Shown piece by piece: positions 42,729 to 47,736 of a DNA stretch of 47,736 nucleotides (the first letter of the stretch is position 1; every line of letters begins with the position of its first letter). Source of the stretch: a virus; IMG/VR virus record IMGVR_UViG_3300045988_059397, one strand, 5' to 3'. Position numbers and translations under genes: made by a program. The notes beneath the pieces are model-generated. The model saw nothing but the letters and a program-made list of their open reading frames with translations, was not told where the DNA came from and did not search any database.

Positions 42729-43552
42729 AAGACTACAAGACCCTCACCCGTGAGAAGGTCGACGTCGAACCCGGGGCCGCCCGCTATATGGGCGAGACCC
42801 ACATGATGGAGGACTGGAGCGACAAGATGATCGACCTCGTCCTCAACGGGCCGACCCTCAACGGCTTCAAGAAGGACGAGCTCCGGGCCATGCTGCGCCA
42901 GACCTATGCGGCCCTGAAGCAGTACGAGCAGATCGGCCCCATGGCCTCGCCCTACATGAACGACCCGTCGGCCATCGTGGCCCGGGCCTTCGCCGAGCTC
43001 TACCCCGGCATCGACTACCACGCGCAGTTCGTCCCCGACCTGTGCGACGAGTCGGGCAACAGAGCCTTCGGTCTGACCATCTTCCCCGACGACGGCAGCG
43101 CACCCATCGTCTGCATCTCGGCTGAGGCGCCCATCAGCGCCGCCCCTGAGCTGCTGGCGCACGAGCTGGCCCATGTAGCCACGCCCGAGGACAAAGACCA
43201 CGGCGAGGCATGGCAGACGGCCGAGAAGGCCATCGGCGACAAGTATGACGAGCTGCTCAACTCCATGATCCCCGACGACGATCCGGGCGTACTCGTCCCG
43301 CACGAAGTCGGAGACGGCGGGCTGCTGCTCATGCCGACCCGGGCGCATATCCCGGATCCGCAGCGCGACGACTGGAAGCCTGCCACCTGCCCTATCTGTG
43401 GGGCCGAGTGCTGGGAGACCGAGATCCACCGGCAGGCGCTCGCTGCCGAGCCCGGACTTCGGGCCGTCTGTACCGACTGCGGCCTGCGTGGCGCCGCCGG
43501 CGTCGGACTCGTCGACACCAGCAGCAAAAAGGAGGAAAAAGACCATGAATGA
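42725..43552 (+). CDS. Putative zinc metallopeptidase (HExxH) with C-terminal zinc ribbon
   Basis: 275 aa. 'LLAHELAHVATPEDKDHGEAW' and 'CPICGAECW...CTDCG'. Confidence 0.45.
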   Translation: MKDYKTLTREKVDVEPGAARYMGETHMMEDWSDKMIDLVLNGPTLNGFKKDELRAMLRQTYAALKQYEQIGPMASPYMNDPSAIVARAFAELYPGIDYHAQFVPDLCDESGNRAFGLTIFPDDGSAPIVCISAEAPISAAPELLAHELAHVATPEDKDHGEAWQTAEKAIGDKYDELLNSMIPDDDPGVLVPHEVGDGGLLLMPTRAHIPDPQRDDWKPATCPICGAECWETEIHRQALAAEPGLRAVCTDCGLRGAAGVGLVDTSSKKEEKDHE

Positions 43553-43910
43553 GAACAGAAACAACAGTGGCACCGCGGGCGGGATCGGCTTCTGCGGGCT
43601 GCTGACCATCGCCTTCATCATCCTGAAGCTCACCGGCGTCATCTCATGGAGCTGGCTGTGGGTGCTGGCCCCGATCTGGATCCCCACGGCCATCGTCCTC
43701 GCCGTGCTGCTGGTCGTCCTGATCGTCGTCCTCGTGAAGGAGGGCGTCAAGCAGACCGAGGAGCGCCAGCGCCGGGAGCTGCGCAGCGAAAACATCGACG
43801 AGCAGGCCCGCCGCTACGGTCTCGAGCGCCAGCCCGGGGAGAGCGATCTCGAGCTGAAGAAGCGCATCGCCTTCCTCAAGCAGGCCGAAAGGAGGGCCGG
43901 GCGCAGATGA
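43545..43910 (+). CDS. Small membrane protein (two TM helices) with basic coiled-coil tail
   Basis: ATG at 43545 after AAAAGGAGG. 'GIGFCGLLTIAFIILKL' and 'LWVLAPIWIPTAIVLAVLLVVLIVVLV'. Confidence 0.5.
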   Translation: MNENRNNSGTAGGIGFCGLLTIAFIILKLTGVISWSWLWVLAPIWIPTAIVLAVLLVVLIVVLVKEGVKQTEERQRRELRSENIDEQARRYGLERQPGESDLELKKRIAFLKQAERRAGRR

Positions 43911-44308
43911 TGGACGAAAGAGAACGCCGCGACATTATGCTGCGAGCCATTCACCGCTATGGGGAGGCCGCACAAATCGACATGGCCGTCGAGGAGATGG
44001 CCGAGCTGACCAAAGCCCTCTGCAAGGTCAAACGGGCGACGCCCGGGGCCACCACCACCGCGGCCATCGCCAACGTGATCGAGGAGATCGCGGACGTCCA
44101 GATCATGCTCGACCAGCTCCGGCTCATATTTGCCCGAAGCACCGACGAGGTCGAGGAGGAAAAACTGCGCCGGCTGCTCGGCCGGCTCAACAGCTACGCA
44201 GAGTCCAACCTTCACAAATGGCTGAACGGACAGTACGAGCCGGGGATCTGGAGCCGCACGGTCGACGCCGGAGCTCAGCCCCGCGAAGGAGGTGCCCCGG
44301 ATGAATAA
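43907..44308 (+). CDS. MazG-like nucleotide pyrophosphohydrolase
   Basis: 133 aa. 'MAVEEMAELTKALCK...VIEEIADVQIMLDQL' are EExxE/ExxxD-type MazG helices. ATGA overlap start. Confidence 0.55.
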   Translation: MMDERERRDIMLRAIHRYGEAAQIDMAVEEMAELTKALCKVKRATPGATTTAAIANVIEEIADVQIMLDQLRLIFARSTDEVEEEKLRRLLGRLNSYAESNLHKWLNGQYEPGIWSRTVDAGAQPREGGAPDE

Positions 44309-44636
44309 GGCAACCTGCCGCGGCTGCGGCGCCCCTATCGTGTGGATCAAAACGCCCGCCGGGAAGGCCATGCCGTGCGACCCGGCGCCGGTCTACTACA
44401 AGGCCACGCCGGACGGCAAGGACAAGATCGTCACCACCCGGGGCGAGGTCGTGAGCTGCGAGATCGTCCCCGGGGCCAACGCCACCGACGCCGGATACCG
44501 GCCGCACTGGGCCACCTGCCCGCAGGCCGGAACATTCCGGGCGCCAAAATACAGGAAATTCGACATAAAAGAGCCGAAAGCGAGAACGATTGATACCCCT
44601 CGCTGCACATGGAAAGAAGGCGACTGCCATGAATAA
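44301..44636 (+). CDS. Hypothetical Cys-rich (zinc-binding?) protein
   Basis: ATG 8 nt after GAAGGAGG. 'CRGCGAPIVWIKT...' motif. Confidence 0.45.
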   Translation: MNKATCRGCGAPIVWIKTPAGKAMPCDPAPVYYKATPDGKDKIVTTRGEVVSCEIVPGANATDAGYRPHWATCPQAGTFRAPKYRKFDIKEPKARTIDTPRCTWKEGDCHE

Positions 44637-44883
44637 AGACCAAGCACGCAAGGCGCTGGAGAACGAGCTGCGGATCCGGCCGACCGTGAGAGCAAGCGCG
44701 ATCTTCACCGGCAAGCATGGGAGCATGGGCTTCCACGCAGGCCGCTTCTATGCCGTCACCGTTGTAAAGCGCAAGGGCGAGGTCGTGCTGATCGCTCCAG
44801 ACGACGGCCTCAAGTGCCCCTACTCGTCCCTCGACGCCATGCTCCGAAACTGGCATATACTCCTTGTAATATTCAACAGGTAA
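44629..44883 (+). CDS. Hypothetical protein
   Basis: 84 aa. ATG overlaps the preceding stop region. Confidence 0.4.
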   Translation: MNKDQARKALENELRIRPTVRASAIFTGKHGSMGFHAGRFYAVTVVKRKGEVVLIAPDDGLKCPYSSLDAMLRNWHILLVIFNR

Positions 44884-44895
44884 AGGAGGAAACCG

Positions 44896-46284
44896 ATGGG
44901 AAAAGAGAAACCCCAACCGCAGGCCGGCCCCGAGCTGGCCGAGTATGTCACCACCGCGAAGCCTAAAGCCTACGCCGACGGCGTCCCCGTGTTCTGCGCC
45001 CACGACGCCATCGTCCCGCTGAAGGATCTGCGACCCAACCCGAAAAACCCGAACCAGCACCCACCGGAGCAGATCAAGCTCCTCGCGTCGATTATAAGGG
45101 CCACCGGCTGGCGCGGCCCCATCACCGTCAGCAAGCGCAGCGGCTTCATCGTTAAGGGCCACGGCCGCATGATGGCCGCCGAGCTGGGCGACATGGCCGA
45201 GGCGCCGGTCGACTATCAGGACTACGCCAGCGAGGCCGAGGAGCTGGCCGACCTGACGGCCGACAACCGCATCGCGGAGCTCGCCACCACCAACAACAAG
45301 CTCCTCGCGGAAGTGTTCGCCGACCTCGACACCGGCGAGATCCCGTTCATGCTCTCCGGCTACACCGAGGAGGACTACGGGAACATCGTGACGGCCCTGT
45401 CCGAGGCGCTGCACACCGAGGAGCCCAAGGGCGACCCCGACGCCGAGATCCCGCCACCGGCCGAGCCCGTCACCAAGTACGGCGACCTGTGGATCCTCGG
45501 CCGGCACCGCGTCCTCTGTGGGGACTGCACACACCCCGAGGATCGCGCCCTGCTGCTGGACGGGGCCAAGCCCGAGATCCTGCTGACCGACCCGCCCTAC
45601 TGCTCCGGCGGCCAAAAGGAGGCGCAGAAGTCGACCGGCAGCATCGGCACCGAGCGCAAAGACGGCAAGGCCCCGAAGATCGCCAACGACATCCTCAGCA
45701 CCCGGGGCTACCAAAACCTGATACGGGCGGCCCTCACCGACATCCCGTGCCTCTATGCCTACATCTTCACCGACTGGAGAATGTGGGTGTACCTGTTCGA
45801 CCTCGTCGAGGCTGCCGGCTTCGGCGTCAAGTCGGAGCTCGTATGGGACAAGGGCACGCCGGGCATGGGCGTCGGCTGGCGCTCACAGCATGAGCTCATA
45901 CTGTTCGCCGCCCGGGCCGCCACACACTTCGACGGCCACAAGGGGTACGGCAACGTCCTGAGCGTCTCCCGCTCCGGGAATGAGCTGCACCCAACGCAGA
46001 AGCCGGTCGAGCTGCTGGAGAAGCTCGTCGACAACACGGATTTTGCCCGGGGCGTCTATGACCCCTTCGGCGGCTCCGGCACCACGCTGGCCGCCTGCGA
46101 GGCATACGGCCAGCCCTCCTACACCATGGAGCTGACGCCGGCCTTCACGGATGTCATCGTCAAGCGATACATCAGGATAACAGGAAAACAGAATGTGCGC
46201 TGCGTCCGTCAAGGCCGAGAGCTCTCGCGTGAGGAAATCGCCGGGATCTTCGACCCTGACGAGGAAGGAGGTGGACAGGAGTGA
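44896..46284 (+). CDS. ParB-like nuclease domain fused to an N6/N4 DNA methyltransferase (intact)
   Basis: 462 aa. N-terminus 'IVPLKDLRPNPKNPNQHP...ITVSKRSGFIVKGHGR' is ParB/Srx-like. 'LLTDPPYCSGG' and 'HPTQKPVELLEKLV...DPFGGSGTT' are methylase motifs. Confidence 0.8.
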   Translation: MGKEKPQPQAGPELAEYVTTAKPKAYADGVPVFCAHDAIVPLKDLRPNPKNPNQHPPEQIKLLASIIRATGWRGPITVSKRSGFIVKGHGRMMAAELGDMAEAPVDYQDYASEAEELADLTADNRIAELATTNNKLLAEVFADLDTGEIPFMLSGYTEEDYGNIVTALSEALHTEEPKGDPDAEIPPPAEPVTKYGDLWILGRHRVLCGDCTHPEDRALLLDGAKPEILLTDPPYCSGGQKEAQKSTGSIGTERKDGKAPKIANDILSTRGYQNLIRAALTDIPCLYAYIFTDWRMWVYLFDLVEAAGFGVKSELVWDKGTPGMGVGWRSQHELILFAARAATHFDGHKGYGNVLSVSRSGNELHPTQKPVELLEKLVDNTDFARGVYDPFGGSGTTLAACEAYGQPSYTMELTPAFTDVIVKRYIRITGKQNVRCVRQGRELSREEIAGIFDPDEEGGGQE

Positions 46285-46297
46285 CGCCCTGACCTAA

Positions 46298-46804
46298 ATG
46301 AGCGACAAGCCGATCACTCACGACATCAAGGAGCGGCTCGGGAAGTACACCCGCCTGCTCCGTGAAATAGACAACCAGTACGAGCGCCTCGGCCGCATGG
46401 AGATCTCCATGGCCGCGCCGCCCGGCCCTGACATGACGGGTATGCCCCGGGGCTCCGGCACACCGACCGACCGCACCGGGATGATGGTGCTGCGGAAGAT
46501 GGAGCTCGAGGAGCAGATCGAGGAACGGCTCGCCGAGGAGCGCGAGGAACGCGCCGCCCTCGAGGCGATGATCCGGCAGGTGGAAAACCCTGACGAGCGC
46601 GCCGTGCTGCGGCTGCGCTACTTCGACCGGGCAGACTGGGACGGGATCTGTGCCGTCCTGTTCAGTGATCGGCAGGACTACCTCGAGAGGATAGACAGCT
46701 ACCAGAACAGGACATACAAGGCCCACGGCCGCGCCCTGCTGCGGATGGCCGAGATCCTGAAGGAGACAGAGGCCCCGGCAGTAAAGGGAAGTAAAAGGCA
46801 GTAA
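46298..46804 (+). CDS. Sigma-70 region-4-like putative late-gene transcriptional regulator (ArpU/RinA-type position)
   Basis: 168 aa. 'ERAVLRLRYFDRADWDGICAVLF...RTYKAHGRALLRMAE' resembles a sigma r4 HTH. It is the last gene before the packaging region. Confidence 0.5.
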   Translation: MSDKPITHDIKERLGKYTRLLREIDNQYERLGRMEISMAAPPGPDMTGMPRGSGTPTDRTGMMVLRKMELEEQIEERLAEEREERAALEAMIRQVENPDERAVLRLRYFDRADWDGICAVLFSDRQDYLERIDSYQNRTYKAHGRALLRMAEILKETEAPAVKGSKRQ

Positions 46805-46835
46805 AGGGCAGTAAAATCCATTGAACGGCAGTAGC
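46779..46835 (+). repeat. Helically phased (10-bp period) (C/A)AGTAAA repeats leading into a promoter
   Basis: GTAAA at 46781, 46791, 46801 and 46811, exactly 10 bp apart, with a degenerate GTAGC at 46831. The first three overlap the last codons of CDS 46298..46804. Confidence 0.7.
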
Positions 46836-46850
46836 GCCCTGTGCTACACT
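46821..46850 (+). promoter_or_regulatory. Candidate late promoter (TTGAAC-18 nt-TGcTACACT, extended -10)
   Basis: TTGAAC at 46821-26 and TG at 46842-43, then TACACT at 46845-50. Confidence 0.45.
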
Positions 46851-46933
46851 GTACCATGTCGAAAGACCGCCGGACACCCGGACAACGCCGGGGAGCCGTC
46901 CGACGGACACCCGCCGAACAACGACAGCGAGAA

Positions 46934-46975
46934 AGCCGTCGGGCAACCACAAGAAGCCCGGCGGCTTTTTTCTTT
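46934..46975 (+). terminator. Terminator-like hairpin in the leader upstream of the gpZ-like gene
   Basis: AGCCGTCGGG...CCCGGCGGCT (10 bp including one G-U pair) followed by ttttttctttt. Confidence 0.55.
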
Positions 46976-46997
46976 TCCCCTGAAGGAGGTGACAACC

Positions 46998-47651
46998 ATG
47001 GCGGGCGGCAGCATATCCATCCAGATCGAAAACCTGCGGCAGCTCGTCGCAGACGTGCAGGCCATCGAGGCCGGCGGCCGCAAGTCCATCAGCAGCACTG
47101 TGAAGGACGTGAAGGCCCGGGCCCCCGGCTGGATAGCGCAGGAGGTCACGGCAGTCTACAACATCAAGAAGGGAGAGATCACGCCGTCCAGCGGAGGCAA
47201 GCCGAAGAAGATGGCGGGCAGCATCCGCATCACAGGCGAGACCATCGAGGAGCTCACCCTCGTCTACAAGGGCCGGCTCCTGACCCCTGTGCACTTCGGC
47301 ATGACACCCAAGGCCCCGCCGGCTGGCAGGAGCTACACCCTGAAGGCACAGATCCTCAAGGGCAGCAAGAAGGTCATCGGCCGCTACAAGAACACCCGCA
47401 CCAAGGGCGGGCCATACTCGCAGCGGTCTCACTGGATCCTCATGGGGACAGGCAACACCAAAGCCGACGGCACGAGCTGGATCCCATTCCAGCGCATGAG
47501 CAAGACCCGCACCGACATCCAGAAGATGACCACCATCTCGGTGCCGCAGATGATAACCAGCGACCGCACCAACGAGGCCATCATGCTGAGGCTCAACACC
47601 GAGACGGCCAAGCGCCTCGACCACCACATGAAGCGAGCCATCGGCCTGTGA
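46998..47651 (+). CDS. Minor tail / tail-completion protein (lambda gpZ-like)
   Basis: 217 aa. ATG 8 nt after GAAGGAGG. N-terminus 'ISIQIENLRQLVADVQAIEAGGRKSISSTVKDVKARAPGWIAQEV' parallels the gpZ-type organisation. The ORF is open from 46821, but that extension looks non-coding. Confidence 0.45.
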   Translation: MAGGSISIQIENLRQLVADVQAIEAGGRKSISSTVKDVKARAPGWIAQEVTAVYNIKKGEITPSSGGKPKKMAGSIRITGETIEELTLVYKGRLLTPVHFGMTPKAPPAGRSYTLKAQILKGSKKVIGRYKNTRTKGGPYSQRSHWILMGTGNTKADGTSWIPFQRMSKTRTDIQKMTTISVPQMITSDRTNEAIMLRLNTETAKRLDHHMKRAIGL

Positions 47652-47736
47652 CCCACGGGCCGCCGCCACGGCCAGCAGGACGCCCGCCAAGGCGGCCGGG
47701 CACGCGAGGGAAGCCAACACCCGCGCACAAAAAAGA
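47618..47736. repeat. Terminal direct repeat, copy 2 (identical to 1..119)
   Basis: Verbatim repeat of the first 119 bases. Confidence 0.9.

Noticed and set aside
44190-44308. The C-terminal tail of the MazG-like ORF ('ESNLHKWLNGQYEP') resembles the 'SNLRQWLNS' / 'SKEWMNG' segment near the N-terminus of the two DGR target domains. This hinted at a third, decayed target-domain fragment.
   Set aside because: The similarity covers only about 8 residues. No VR/TR-like nucleotide match or downstream domain follows, so it is compatible with chance.
46821-46997. Upstream extension of the gpZ-like ORF (MNGSSALCYTVPCRKTAGHPDNAGEPSDGH...).
   Set aside because: The region contains a promoter-like element and a terminator hairpin. 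The internal ATG at 46998 has an ideally spaced GAAGGAGG. The extension is therefore treated as a 5' leader.
1-47736. Scanned for tRNA/rRNA genes, CRISPR arrays, and tyrosine or serine integrases.
   Set aside because: No cloverleaf-like or spacer-repeat structures were noticed, and no integrase-like ORFs. Absence is by eye only, and tRNAscan/Infernal runs would be needed for certainty.

Overview
The window is a complete, circularly closed dsDNA tailed-phage genome. Bases 1-119 repeat verbatim at 47618-47736, so the unique length is about 47.6 kb. It is visibly GC-rich, uses strong AGGAGG-type ribosome-binding sites, and is transcribed almost entirely on the + strand; a GC-rich Firmicutes/Clostridia host is my inference only. 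Gene order: (1) lambda-like packaging and head module: Nu1-like TerS, GpA TerL, gpW, portal, ClpP-like protease, gpD-like decoration protein, gpE-like capsid, plus a collagen-repeat protein. (2) P2/PBSX-like contractile tail and baseplate: sheath, tube, chaperone with a canonical -1 frameshift site, tape measure, LysM protein, gpD-like hub, spike, gp25-like, J, I, fibre. (3) A diversity-generating retroelement (DGR) ordered avd - TR - RT - target. (4) A CBM5/12-repeat protein and the lysis cassette (membrane proteins, LL-H-type holin, amidase-SH3 endolysin). (5) A regulatory/accessory island: the only minus-strand gene (DUF4236/TM2 membrane protein), two XRE HTH proteins, an IS30-family DDE transposase and a truncated HTH-only paralog. 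(6) An early/replication module: DnaQ-like exonuclease, SleB-like hydrolase, Gam-like, ERF, SSB, replisome organiser, DnaC-like loader, RecU-like resolvase, MazG-like, and three DNA methyltransferases. (7) A sigma-region-4-like late regulator and a gpZ-like protein just before the cos/terminase region. The main finding is that the DGR has two variable repeats. VR1 lies inside a 567-aa FN3-containing putative receptor-binding protein immediately downstream of the RT. VR2 lies about 12 kb away in a small stand-alone paralog of the same domain, embedded in the early/replication module. All 16 (VR1) and 12 (VR2) TR/VR mismatches fall on TR adenines arranged as in-frame AAC/AAT codons. Other points: two of the three methyltransferase genes are interrupted at G9 and G8 homopolymer tracts, and one extra G would restore each; no tyrosine or serine integrase is present, only the IS30-type transposase; and there are two promoter-then-terminator arrangements. 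All family names come from reading the translated ORFs by eye. No database search was run.
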